From: a virus | Lineage: Duplodnaviria; Caudoviricetes | IMG/VR virus record: IMGVR_UViG_3300017908_000107 | Coordinates: 1-51,542 of that record | Direction: 5' to 3' (one strand) | Length of the DNA stretch: 51,542 nt | In this document: positions 34,815 to 44,196 of the stretch, piece after piece | How positions within the stretch are numbered: the first letter of the stretch is position 1 | How the letters are laid out: every line of letters begins with the position of its first letter | Position numbers and translations under genes: made by a program | The notes under the pieces: model-generated | Databases searched by the model: none | Seen by the model: the letters and a program-made list of their open reading frames with translations, nothing else | Told to the model about the DNA's origin: nothing

Positions 34815-36023
34815 ATGGACGTAACGAAACTCTCTGAGAAACCTATCGATCAACTTAGTAGAGAAGAGGCAGAGCTGCTTGTAGATCACTACAAGCAGTT
34901 ATCTGCTAAATATACGGCTTATGAACAAGCAGTAAAATTAACTCTTAACTCTATCTATGGTGCATTCGGTAACAAATGGTTTCACTTCTTTAATATCAAT
35001 ATCGCTGAGTCGATAACTAAACAGGGTAAGAATGCTATTCTTTACTCTGAATCTATATTGAATAAGTATGTCCAAGAGTTTTGGCATAAGGACACAAAAG
35101 TACATGAGCAGTTCGGCTTAACAGTAAAAGGTAAAGTTGAAAAGCCAGCAGTAATCTATATTGACACTGATTCCTGTTATGTACAGTTCCAAGACATGTA
35201 TGAGACTATTGTTTGGAACGATGAGTCTAAAGCTCTACCTATCGATGAATTTATTCTAGCATTCTATGCATTCAGATTAAAAGATTACATTAGAGCTACT
35301 ATGCAGAAATATGCAGATACTAGAAACACAGATAACTTCTTAGTATTTGAACTAGAATCTTTAGCATATAATGGTATTTGGATGAGCAAAAAGAAGTATA
35401 TCCAAAACATTGCTTGGGATGATAAATTAGAAACAACTGATAGACATCCATCACTTAAGAAAGTGAAAACAATCGGCTTCGATACAATTCAATCTTCTAC
35501 TCCAAAGTTTGCTAGAGAGAAACTAGTAGAAGCACTTAGAATTCTATTCAAGTCACAAAAAACCCCCGGTGCTGAAGAACTACAGCAATTGGTTACTTTC
35601 ATGAAGAAGGCTAAGAAAGAATTTCAATTAGCTGACATTGATGATATTACATTTAATCGTAGAACTAATAATATCGAGAAGTATATTGTCGACGATCAAA
35701 TTGAATTCCAAGTAGGACTAAAGTGTCCTGCCAATGTAAAAGCAGCAGGTTATTACAATTATATTCTTAATCAGAATAAGAAATACAAAAACAAATATAA
35801 AGTGATTGGTAACGGTGAGAAACTAAAAATCTATAACTGTAAAACTCCAATCTCTGAAGTCTATGCATATTTACCAGGAGAACATCCTTATGAAATTGCA
35901 CCTAAAGTAGACTTTGATACACAGTTTGAAAAATGTATGATTGACCCACTAAATAGAGTATTAACAGCAATCGGTCTTCAGACATTAGATACAAACTTAA
36001 TTTACGCTTCGGCATTATTTTAA
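34815..36023 (+). CDS. Family B DNA polymerase, C-terminal subunit (motifs B and C, thumb)
   Basis: Motif B KLTLNSIYGAFGN, ITKQG, motif C YIDTDSCY, KKKY; C-terminal clamp-binding-like SALF. Confidence 0.9.
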   Translation: MDVTKLSEKPIDQLSREEAELLVDHYKQLSAKYTAYEQAVKLTLNSIYGAFGNKWFHFFNINIAESITKQGKNAILYSESILNKYVQEFWHKDTKVHEQFGLTVKGKVEKPAVIYIDTDSCYVQFQDMYETIVWNDESKALPIDEFILAFYAFRLKDYIRATMQKYADTRNTDNFLVFELESLAYNGIWMSKKKYIQNIAWDDKLETTDRHPSLKKVKTIGFDTIQSSTPKFAREKLVEALRILFKSQKTPGAEELQQLVTFMKKAKKEFQLADIDDITFNRRTNNIEKYIVDDQIEFQVGLKCPANVKAAGYYNYILNQNKKYKNKYKVIGNGEKLKIYNCKTPISEVYAYLPGEHPYEIAPKVDFDTQFEKCMIDPLNRVLTAIGLQTLDTNLIYASALF

Positions 36024-36027
36024 AATT

Positions 36028-36231
36028 ATGACAGTAGAACAAGTAAAACAACTAGTCGAAAAATACCCTAACGATATGGAATTAGGTGAAGCGATTAGAG
36101 AACTATATTGGGTAGATAAAAAAGGTAAGATCTTGACTAATAACCCAAATCAAACAAAATTATTTGACATTGACGTCCATGGGGCAGAACATCTCAATAA
36201 CGACGATGTAGCAATTTTAGGAGAGGACTAA
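36028..36231 (+). CDS. Hypothetical protein (67 aa)
   Basis: YPNDMELGEAIR motif; coupled to next gene. Confidence 0.65.
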   Translation: MTVEQVKQLVEKYPNDMELGEAIRELYWVDKKGKILTNNPNQTKLFDIDVHGAEHLNNDDVAILGED

Positions 36232-36575
36232 TGGAAGATAACATAAGACCATGGGGAAGATATGATATTCTATTTGAAGACGATAACTGTAAAGTAAAAC
36301 AAATTACAGTTAATCCAAATAGTAAATTATCATATCAATACCATGAGAAAAGAAAAGAACGTTGGGTTGTCACAAAGGGACAACTCACACTAGTTTTAAA
36401 TGGGAACGAGCAAGCCCTCAATCCAGGTATGGATGTAGCAATATATCCTGGTGATAAACACAGAGCCTGGAATAAAACAGATGAACCTGTTCAATTTATT
36501 GAAGTACAAACTGGTACTTATTTTGGAGAGGATGACATCATAAGAATCGAAGACGATTATGGAAGGACAAATTAA
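36231..36575 (+). CDS. Cupin, mannose-6-phosphate isomerase type II C-terminal domain
   Basis: RPWGRY, LSYQYH, KHR, FIEVQTGTYFGEDDIIRIEDDYGR. Confidence 0.9.
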   Translation: MEDNIRPWGRYDILFEDDNCKVKQITVNPNSKLSYQYHEKRKERWVVTKGQLTLVLNGNEQALNPGMDVAIYPGDKHRAWNKTDEPVQFIEVQTGTYFGEDDIIRIEDDYGRTN

Positions 36576-36759
36576 ATTAGAAGATTTACCTCAAGGACAA
36601 CAAGAGTATGTGAAAGAATATCAAAGAATTCTGCATGGACTTGCTGATGTTCAAGAAGGTATTAAATCTTTAGAAGAAAGAGCTAGAGAATTAACAGAAG
36701 AATTAAACACACTAAGAGCCAAAGAGAAGGCTGAGTTTGGTGATGATAATGTTCTCTAA
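36559..36759 (+). CDS. Small coiled-coil hypothetical protein
   Basis: Heptad pattern, overlaps upstream stop. Confidence 0.6.
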   Translation: MEGQIKLEDLPQGQQEYVKEYQRILHGLADVQEGIKSLEERARELTEELNTLRAKEKAEFGDDNVL

Positions 36760-36783
36760 ACAAATCATATAATCACCATATAA
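36757..36783 (+). promoter_or_regulatory. Putative middle promoter variant TAAAC-N17-TATAA
   Basis: TAAACaaatcatataatcaccaTATAA before uvsX. Confidence 0.5.
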
Positions 36784-36801
36784 CTAAATAAAATAATAAA
36801 C

Positions 36802-37914
36802 ATGGCTAAAAAGAACGCATTTAGTTTTGACGACATAAACAAAGAGCTGAAGGAAATTAATCCACTAGGTTCTGTTATGGAACATTCAACATTTAGTGAA
36901 GTTACAGAATGGATTGACACAGGTAACTATCACTTAAACGCATGTGTCAGTGGTTCACTTTTTAAAGGGTGGCCTAACAACAGATCTTGTTCAATTGCAG
37001 GACCATCTGGTACTGGTAAAACATTCTTAATCCTAAACTCTATTGCAAGAGCAATTGAGATGGGTTACAATGTTATTTTCTATGATTCAGAAGCTGCAGT
37101 AGACAGAGAGTTAATGAAGAAGTTTGGTATTGATACTGAGAAAGTAAATTACCAACCATGTAATACAGTACAAGAGTTTAGAACGTCAGTTACTTCAATT
37201 ACTGCTAAAATGCAAGAGGTAAAAAGAAAGGGTGGAGATCTACCTAAGATTATGATTATCTTAGACTCTGCTGGTAACTTAGCAACTGCAAAAGAAATTG
37301 AAGATGCAAAGTCTGGTTCTGAGAAATCAGATATGACCAGATCAAAAGTTCTTAAGTCTATCTTTAGAATTATTATGACGCCTTTGGCTGACTTAAAAAT
37401 TCCATTCCTATTTACTAACCACACATATCAGACCCAAGACTTTATCTCAAGACAAGTTGCAGGTGGTGGTACTGGACCAGAATATGCTGCATCTATTGTC
37501 TTATTCTTAGGTAAAGCTCAGTTAAAAGAAGGTGGTGAGAAAGCAGGTATTGTTGTCACAGCAAAACCAAATAAAAACAGATTTGCAAAACCACATCCTA
37601 TCAAGTTCCACTTACATTTTACTGAAGGTATGAACAGATATGTTGGTCTAGAGCAATATATTGACTGGGATGAAATTGGTATTACAAGAGGTGTCGTTGA
37701 GAAGAACGGTACAAAGACTCCTAAAGCAACTGCAAGAGGATGGATCTGTAAACACCTAGATGAGACTGTGCCTAACAACGAGTTTTTCACTGAGAAAGTC
37801 TTTACCGAGGAAGTACTTCAGAAAATTGAAAAAAGAATTCAGCCACTTTTCAACTATAACACTGAAGCTAGAGAAATCGATATAGACGAAATCTTAGAAG
37901 AGAGTGAAGCTTAA
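36802..37914 (+). CDS. uvsX: RecA-like recombinase, UvsX
   Basis: IDTG, Walker A GPSGTGKT, YDSE, LDSAGNL, TNHTY, GGG.G..Y. Confidence 0.9.
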   Translation: MAKKNAFSFDDINKELKEINPLGSVMEHSTFSEVTEWIDTGNYHLNACVSGSLFKGWPNNRSCSIAGPSGTGKTFLILNSIARAIEMGYNVIFYDSEAAVDRELMKKFGIDTEKVNYQPCNTVQEFRTSVTSITAKMQEVKRKGGDLPKIMIILDSAGNLATAKEIEDAKSGSEKSDMTRSKVLKSIFRIIMTPLADLKIPFLFTNHTYQTQDFISRQVAGGGTGPEYAASIVLFLGKAQLKEGGEKAGIVVTAKPNKNRFAKPHPIKFHLHFTEGMNRYVGLEQYIDWDEIGITRGVVEKNGTKTPKATARGWICKHLDETVPNNEFFTEKVFTEEVLQKIEKRIQPLFNYNTEAREIDIDEILEESEA

Positions 37915-38203
37915 CAAAGATAAACTGCCGATCAAGTATATCCTAGGGATAGAAAAAGATCTACCAGATTATCCTACCGCTCTCGACGTTTTACAAGCTG
38001 AAGTAAAACTGTGTAATAGAAACCCTGACAGATACAAGGGTAGCTTTACCTACCACGCATTGAAGACCTATAGGTTTCCAGATTCAGATCATGATAGAAT
38101 CTTAGAGTCTGCAAAAGAGTTAGTTACTCTGGGTCTATGCGAACAAACAAACGAAGAGCCTGGTAAAGAGGCCTTCAAAATTTTAATTAATCCATTCGAA
38201 TGA
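37904..38203 (+). CDS. Hypothetical protein (99 aa, GTG start)
   Basis: Overlaps both neighbours within the operon. Confidence 0.6.
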   Translation: MKLNKDKLPIKYILGIEKDLPDYPTALDVLQAEVKLCNRNPDRYKGSFTYHALKTYRFPDSDHDRILESAKELVTLGLCEQTNEEPGKEAFKILINPFE

Positions 38204-38778
38204 TAGCAGTATTTGATAACGCAATTCAAGACGATAACATACTAAAGAGAATCAATACTAATTGGGACACAATCTTTGGTGACCCTGGTGTCTATAAGTA
38301 TTGGAATGGTTGGTGGAATAGTCCAATTAACAATACTACTAAAGAGATAATTGAATATCTATGGGGCGAAAGATGTCCTCTTGGAAGGTCATACGATATT
38401 TCTGGTTTTGAGTATTGGACTGGTATTCAGACTGCACAAGAATATGACCAGGAATGGGCTGATAATCTACCAATTCATTTTGATAAAGATGAAGCATGGT
38501 GGAGAGAGACTGGTGAAGTAGTTAGTCCTATTATTGGTAGTGTATATTATCCACCAGGACAGAGATTTACAGGAGGTGAACTTGCAATATACACAGATGG
38601 CCGAGATTCAACACCAGAGATAATCAAAGCAAAACCTAATAGATTCGTTATATTTGGAGCTGGACGCGATCTACACATGGTACAGCAAGTCACAAGCGGT
38701 AAGAGAAATGCAATAGCAATCAATCTATGGGAATCAGAACCCTACTCTAAACAAAAAGGTATTTTAACCATAGAATAA
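38200..38778 (+). CDS. 2OG-Fe(II) oxygenase (prolyl hydroxylase-like)
   Basis: HxD (IHFDKD), GGEL, distal His (LHMV) and Arg (GKRNAI). Confidence 0.85.
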   Translation: MIAVFDNAIQDDNILKRINTNWDTIFGDPGVYKYWNGWWNSPINNTTKEIIEYLWGERCPLGRSYDISGFEYWTGIQTAQEYDQEWADNLPIHFDKDEAWWRETGEVVSPIIGSVYYPPGQRFTGGELAIYTDGRDSTPEIIKAKPNRFVIFGAGRDLHMVQQVTSGKRNAIAINLWESEPYSKQKGILTIE

Positions 38779-38791
38779 TTAAAAATATAAT

Positions 38792-40108
38792 ATGCAGTTC
38801 GGACAAGATTTTGAAAAGATATTCTTTAGACTTTCGTTAGAAAAGCCAAAGTACTTACAAGCAATTAAAACTAACTTCTATACTTCAGATGAAATAGATG
38901 CTTTAAGTTATTTGTCTAATAAATTCTATGCGAAGTTTCAGGAGACTCCTACACTAGAGAATCTTAAACTCTTAGTCCAAAGACATCCTAAGTCAAGAGA
39001 GCGAGTAACAGATGAAATCATTGATATTATCTTTGATGTAGATCTGAATAAGTATGATGAAGAATGGTTGACTAATACTGCAGAAGCTTGGATTAAGTGG
39101 AGAACATTCAATACGTCTCTAACGGACACAATTGAATTTATTAAAACCACAGACGTTAATCCAGAGAACGTTGAGTCTATTGTTACGAAAGTAAAAGGCT
39201 TAATCAATGATAGAAATAACTTAACATTCAATTCAGATCTTGGTCTTAACTTCTTTGACTTTGATGCACACGACCAGAAAGAAGCTGAGAAAGTTAGTAC
39301 AGGTTACAACTTCTTAGACAGAATGTTAGGTGGAGGCTATGATAAAGGTGGTAATCTAGTTGTTTATGCTGGTGAGCAGAACATTGGTAAATCAATTTAT
39401 CTAGCTAATGATGCAGCTAACTTTGTAAAGATGGGTACAAATACTGTAGTTATCACAGCAGAGATGGCAGCACATAAATTCGTAAAAAGAATTGGTGCTA
39501 ACCTTCTTAATATCCGTATTGACGAATATCCTGAGAAGGCTAAAAATAGAGACCACATTAAAAGAAGGTTGGAAACGGTCGGTGACGGGTTCACTCCTCC
39601 AGGACAACTTTATGTAAAACAATTCCCAACATCTCAGGCTACAGTCTTAGATATTGAAGCTTATGTTGCACAAATTGAAGAAGAGTTACAGATTAAAGTC
39701 GGCGCTGTTGTAATTGACTATATTAATATCTTAGCCAATTATCGTAACCAAAATACGGAGAATACATATATGAAGATCAAGCAAATTGCTGAAGACCTTC
39801 GTGCTATGGGTATTCGTAATAATTGGTTGATCGTTACAGCAACTCAAATAAACAGAAACGGCTATAATTCTTCAGATATTTCCATGTCAGACGTTGCAGA
39901 ATCTGCAGGTCTATCACACACTGCTGACGTAATGCTTGGTATTATCCAAGATGACTTAATGCGCGCCAATGCAGAGTATTGGTTAAAAGTGCTTAAGATC
40001 AGAGATGGTGAGGGTAAAGGTAATAAATGTAAATTAAATGTCGACTATAACTTTATGAGACTAGTTGAAACGGATGACATTACACAATCAAGCATCCATA
40101 GCATTTAA
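38792..40108 (+). CDS. Replicative DNA helicase, T4 gp41/DnaB-like
   Basis: STGY..LD, GEQNIGKS, TAEM, IDYINI, TATQINR, AESAGL. Confidence 0.92.
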   Translation: MQFGQDFEKIFFRLSLEKPKYLQAIKTNFYTSDEIDALSYLSNKFYAKFQETPTLENLKLLVQRHPKSRERVTDEIIDIIFDVDLNKYDEEWLTNTAEAWIKWRTFNTSLTDTIEFIKTTDVNPENVESIVTKVKGLINDRNNLTFNSDLGLNFFDFDAHDQKEAEKVSTGYNFLDRMLGGGYDKGGNLVVYAGEQNIGKSIYLANDAANFVKMGTNTVVITAEMAAHKFVKRIGANLLNIRIDEYPEKAKNRDHIKRRLETVGDGFTPPGQLYVKQFPTSQATVLDIEAYVAQIEEELQIKVGAVVIDYINILANYRNQNTENTYMKIKQIAEDLRAMGIRNNWLIVTATQINRNGYNSSDISMSDVAESAGLSHTADVMLGIIQDDLMRANAEYWLKVLKIRDGEGKGNKCKLNVDYNFMRLVETDDITQSSIHSI

Positions 40109-40123
40109 AAATAAAACAATAAT

Positions 40124-40558
40124 ATGGCAAATGATAAAATCTTTAACAATAGTTTCGACACACCAGAGTTTGAACTAGGTAACATTAGTTTCGATCTGGA
40201 CCCTTCTCTAAGAGAGGAGTTAGATGCAGAGGAGAAGATTCATTACGAGATGATAGCTCGTAAGATACATGAGTTAATTACAGTCAGTAGATTTAAAGTA
40301 TTCAATGAGGTTGATGATTTAGGTAGATGTAATAAACTTAGAAAAACAGACATCAATGAAGTCTATGGATATATCGTAGATGAAATTGGTAAGAGTTGGT
40401 CAAGGATAGATTTGTTCAGTGAAATGTGCATTTACTTTGACATTAAGCCAGCAAAATTTTACAGCTCTCTTTCTAATGTATATAAGGAAGATCTTATTCA
40501 AGAGCTGGATGCAAAAACCGGTATTTTAGAAAAGAAGAACATTAAAAGATTATTTTAA
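40124..40558 (+). CDS. Hypothetical protein, C-terminal half resembles late-transcription coactivator gp33
   Basis: RIDLFSEMCIYFDI...LSNVYKEDLIQE...GIL helix pattern. Confidence 0.35.
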   Translation: MANDKIFNNSFDTPEFELGNISFDLDPSLREELDAEEKIHYEMIARKIHELITVSRFKVFNEVDDLGRCNKLRKTDINEVYGYIVDEIGKSWSRIDLFSEMCIYFDIKPAKFYSSLSNVYKEDLIQELDAKTGILEKKNIKRLF

Positions 40559-41674
40559 ATGATTGAACCTAAGGTTATCAAACAAGGCGCAAAGAGAGTT
40601 TGGGTTCTTGGAGACTTACACTTTGGTGTAAGAGCTAATTCAGTAGAATGGCTAGAGATACAGAAAGATTTCTTTGAGAGACTGTTTATCCCTACATTAA
40701 AGAAACACGTACAACCCGGCGATGTACTAGTTCAAGTAGGTGACACATTCGATAACAGACAATCTATTAACATTAAAGTCTTAAACTATGCAGTTGACCT
40801 ATTTGAAAGATTAGGTCAAATACTACCATGCTATGTAATCTGTGGTAACCATGATATATGGGCTAAGAAGTCAAATGACATCTCATCGATCGACAGTTTG
40901 AAATGGATTCCAAATGTACAAGTTTACAAAGAGCCAGAACTATTAGACTGGTCTGGTAGAAAGATTTTGCTAATGCCATGGAGAAGAGATGCAGAGCATG
41001 AAGCAGAGACTTTAGCAGAATACCCACAAACAGATATTGTATTTTGTCACTCAGAAGTTAGAGGTATTTACTTAAATTCAAAAGTAAAAAATGAACATGG
41101 AACTGAGACTAATATCTACGACAAATATACAAGAGTTTATTCTGGTCACATTCACTTTAGACAAGAGAAGAATAAACTACTAATGGTAGGAGTGCCTTAC
41201 CAATTAACTAGATCCGATAGAGATAATCCAAAAGGTTTCGACCTAGTTAACTTAGAAGATATGGAAGAGACTTTCTTTGAAAATCATATCTCCCCTAAAT
41301 TTCTAAGGTATAATATCAAGGCACTTTACGATATGCCACTTGGACAATTTAAAGAACAAATAGACAATAATTTCGTAGACCTATTTGTACCTTCACAAAT
41401 TGCAACAACTAACGCACTATCCCAGTTAGTCAATGAGATACAACATATCTCTAGAAAACTGGAACCTAATATCTATGAGGAAGACTCATATATTGATAAA
41501 GATTTCTATGACATAAATGAAATTGAGGAAATGTACAAGAATTACAATATCCTTAATTTATGTAATATGTATGTAGACGGAATGAAACATGATGAGGACT
41601 TGTCTCTAAAACTAAAAGGGAAGTTAAAACAGTTGTATACCCAATGTGCATATAACTACGATACCGATAAATAA
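40559..41674 (+). CDS. Recombination nuclease subunit, gp47/Mre11/SbcD-like
   Basis: GDLHFG, GDTFDNR, GNHD, SGHIH. Confidence 0.92.
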   Translation: MIEPKVIKQGAKRVWVLGDLHFGVRANSVEWLEIQKDFFERLFIPTLKKHVQPGDVLVQVGDTFDNRQSINIKVLNYAVDLFERLGQILPCYVICGNHDIWAKKSNDISSIDSLKWIPNVQVYKEPELLDWSGRKILLMPWRRDAEHEAETLAEYPQTDIVFCHSEVRGIYLNSKVKNEHGTETNIYDKYTRVYSGHIHFRQEKNKLLMVGVPYQLTRSDRDNPKGFDLVNLEDMEETFFENHISPKFLRYNIKALYDMPLGQFKEQIDNNFVDLFVPSQIATTNALSQLVNEIQHISRKLEPNIYEEDSYIDKDFYDINEIEEMYKNYNILNLCNMYVDGMKHDEDLSLKLKGKLKQLYTQCAYNYDTDK

Positions 41675-43344
41675 TGAGGATAGACTATATTGAGTTTAAG
41701 AACTTTGCATCCTACGGAAACCAGAAGCAGAGAATAGATTTTTTAAAAGAAGGTTCCGAGTTATTTCTAACACTAGGTAAAAACGGTGATGGTAAAACAA
41801 CAATTGCAAATGCAATCATCTATGGACTTTATGGTAAAGTAGAAGGTGTTAAATTAGCAGACCTACCAAACAGAATTAACAAAGAACTTCATGTAAAGAT
41901 TGGACTACAATGTGGTACTATGTTTATTGAGATTGAAAGAGGCATCTCACCAAATAAATTTAGTGTCCTTATTAATGGAGTTGAGTTCGATAAAGCAGGT
42001 AAGAAATCTGTACAAGAGTATTTAGAAGACGAAGTATTCGGTATTCCATATCACGTATTTAAGAATATAATTATTCTATCAGTAAATGATTTCAAATCAT
42101 TCTTAACTATGTCTAACCAAGACAAGAAGCAGATTATTGACAGAATGTTTGGCTTCTCTATTCTTAATGATATGCAGAGACAAATCAAAGATGAGAGAAG
42201 AGATATTAAATTTGATATTGATTCCTATGAAGCAGAGTTAAATCAGATTCTAGATTCTATTGCTTCAGTTAGAGGTAAATTAAATACACTACTAGAAGAA
42301 TCTGCTACTGCAAATAAATCTAAGATTCAAGAGTTAAAAGATCAGTTAGTTACTCTACATGAGACTGTATTAGAGATGGATGAAAATCGTAAGAAAGAAG
42401 AGACTGCGATGAATAAGTTCAATACAGAATATAATGAAAAGAGAACAGAAGCTGGTGATATTAAAAGAGAGATTGACTACTTAAATAAAAAGTTAAAGCT
42501 ATATGAAAGTGGTCACTGTCCAACATGTGAAACTAAATTAACTTCAGACTGGCACGTAAAGCAAAAAGATTCATTCAGTGAAAAGATTGAGTCTAACACA
42601 AACGATATTAAGTCTATCAAAGCAGAGATGGATGCTTTACAAGATAAAGTTACAGAAGCTAGAGAAGCTAAGGTAGAAATAGAAGGTCAGATTAGCGATA
42701 ACAAATATACAATGAAGCAATTGAAAGCTGAGTTGTTAGCACTTAAAGATACTCCAGAGGGAGCTGACTTCGACCACCTAAGAAATTTGATTACAGAGTT
42801 TGAAGAAAAAGAAGCAGAAAAATCTAAGTCTAAAGACAAGTTAAATGGTGACTATAACTTTATGGAAATCATTGAGCAGATTCTAGGTGAAGATGGTGTT
42901 AAGAATCTGGCAGTTAAAACTATTCTACCAGGACTTAATACTAATATAGCTGCCATGGCACAAACCATGCACTTACCTTTCCATATTAGATTCGATGAGA
43001 AGTTTAATTGTATTATTAATCACTTAGGTGAAGATATTAATCCACTAACACTATCAACTGGTGAGAGAAAGAAAGCAGACTTTATTGTTATTGTTGCTAT
43101 CATTAAAATCTTAAAGTTAAGATTCCCACAATTAAATCTTCTATTCTTAGATGAGCTATTATCTTCGGTAGACCATGATGGAGTCTATAACATTCTAAAG
43201 ATTCTTAACCAAGTTATCAAAGAACATAAGATAAATACTTTTGTAATCAATCACTCTGTGCTACCACATGAGATATTCGACAAGAAGATTCAAATATATA
43301 GAGAAAATGGGTTTTCTAAGTTTACTATCGAAAGCATAGATTAA
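41674..43344 (+). CDS. Recombination ATPase subunit, gp46/Rad50/SbcC-like
   Basis: FKNFASYG, GKNGDGKTT, coiled coil with CPTC hook, LSTGE, LDE. Confidence 0.93.
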   Translation: MRIDYIEFKNFASYGNQKQRIDFLKEGSELFLTLGKNGDGKTTIANAIIYGLYGKVEGVKLADLPNRINKELHVKIGLQCGTMFIEIERGISPNKFSVLINGVEFDKAGKKSVQEYLEDEVFGIPYHVFKNIIILSVNDFKSFLTMSNQDKKQIIDRMFGFSILNDMQRQIKDERRDIKFDIDSYEAELNQILDSIASVRGKLNTLLEESATANKSKIQELKDQLVTLHETVLEMDENRKKEETAMNKFNTEYNEKRTEAGDIKREIDYLNKKLKLYESGHCPTCETKLTSDWHVKQKDSFSEKIESNTNDIKSIKAEMDALQDKVTEAREAKVEIEGQISDNKYTMKQLKAELLALKDTPEGADFDHLRNLITEFEEKEAEKSKSKDKLNGDYNFMEIIEQILGEDGVKNLAVKTILPGLNTNIAAMAQTMHLPFHIRFDEKFNCIINHLGEDINPLTLSTGERKKADFIVIVAIIKILKLRFPQLNLLFLDELLSSVDHDGVYNILKILNQVIKEHKINTFVINHSVLPHEIFDKKIQIYRENGFSKFTIESID

Positions 43345-43348
43345 CGAA

Positions 43349-43356
43349 GATATATA
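43349..43356 (+). promoter_or_regulatory. Putative late promoter (GATATATA)
   Basis: Intergenic octamer before 43385. Confidence 0.65.
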
Positions 43357-43384
43357 ATAAAACAAAAAAGATTAACAATAAATT

Positions 43385-44113
43385 ATGGCAACAGCTTCAA
43401 ATAATAGAACATTCGGTGTAACTTATTCGGGTTCAGCGAACAACTCTATCTCTAACTTTACTACAGTTAACGGTAGATTACACGTAGCTACAGGGCAAGA
43501 TATAGTGCACTCAAATAACTATGCTAACGTTCAGTGGGTTGCAGGACCAGCTGAAACAGCATCAATTGTTGCATACATCAAGAATAATGCAGAGTCAATG
43601 CCTACTCCGGTTACTACAGTGGGAATTCAAGCTCCAGGTGGTGATGGTACAACAAGAGGTACGGCAGATGCTTACATCGGTTTCCACAGAGTATCATCCG
43701 ATGCAGAATATGTTCAAGCTATTCTTGCAATTACTGCAGCTCAAGGTAATCCTCAGACATTCTCAGGTTCATCAATCGATGGATCGTCTACTGCTGCAGA
43801 AGCTAAAACTTGGGCAGATACTAACTTAACATACTGGTCAAACTACACAGTTAATCCTGGTGGTGGAGGTGAAAACCCAACAACTTACAACTACTACACA
43901 GTTGTAAGATGTGGTGGAGTAACGCAGAGCTTAATGAAAACTCCTTCTACTGGAATGCTATTTGCAATCGATCAGGGTTACGATCTTACAAGTGTAAACG
44001 TAATTTCTGGTTCAGCTCCTGGTGACCACATCGTGATTGTAGCAGAAGCTTCAGAAGGTACAGCTGACTTCGAGATCGACTCAATGCCGACCATCCAAGA
44101 ATGTACAGCGTAA
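43385..44113 (+). CDS. Hypothetical virion protein (small-residue-rich, possible decoration protein)
   Basis: A/G/S/T-rich, own late promoter and terminator. Confidence 0.5.
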   Translation: MATASNNRTFGVTYSGSANNSISNFTTVNGRLHVATGQDIVHSNNYANVQWVAGPAETASIVAYIKNNAESMPTPVTTVGIQAPGGDGTTRGTADAYIGFHRVSSDAEYVQAILAITAAQGNPQTFSGSSIDGSSTAAEAKTWADTNLTYWSNYTVNPGGGGENPTTYNYYTVVRCGGVTQSLMKTPSTGMLFAIDQGYDLTSVNVISGSAPGDHIVIVAEASEGTADFEIDSMPTIQECTA

Positions 44114-44139
44114 GACTACAATTTAATTGAATTCAAAAG

Positions 44140-44168
44140 AATGGCCAATAGAGATATTGGCCATTTTT
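44140..44168 (+). terminator. Intrinsic terminator
   Basis: aatggccaata-gaga-tattggccatt followed by T run. Confidence 0.8.
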
Positions 44169-44184
44169 GTTACAGATAAAGGGT

Positions 44185-44192
44185 GATATATA
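44185..44192 (+). promoter_or_regulatory. Putative late promoter (GATATATA)
   Basis: Octamer 4 nt before ATG 44197. Confidence 0.6.
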
Positions 44193-44196
44193 ACCT

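Noticed and set aside
29900-34950. Split intein or group I intron interrupting the DNA polymerase
   Set aside because: No intein terminal motifs, no homing endonuclease; the intervening DNA is ordinary genes with their own promoters
38748-38775. Possible middle promoter TAAAC-N18-TAGAA before the helicase
   Set aside because: Mismatches in both boxes within AT-rich coding DNA; too weak to call
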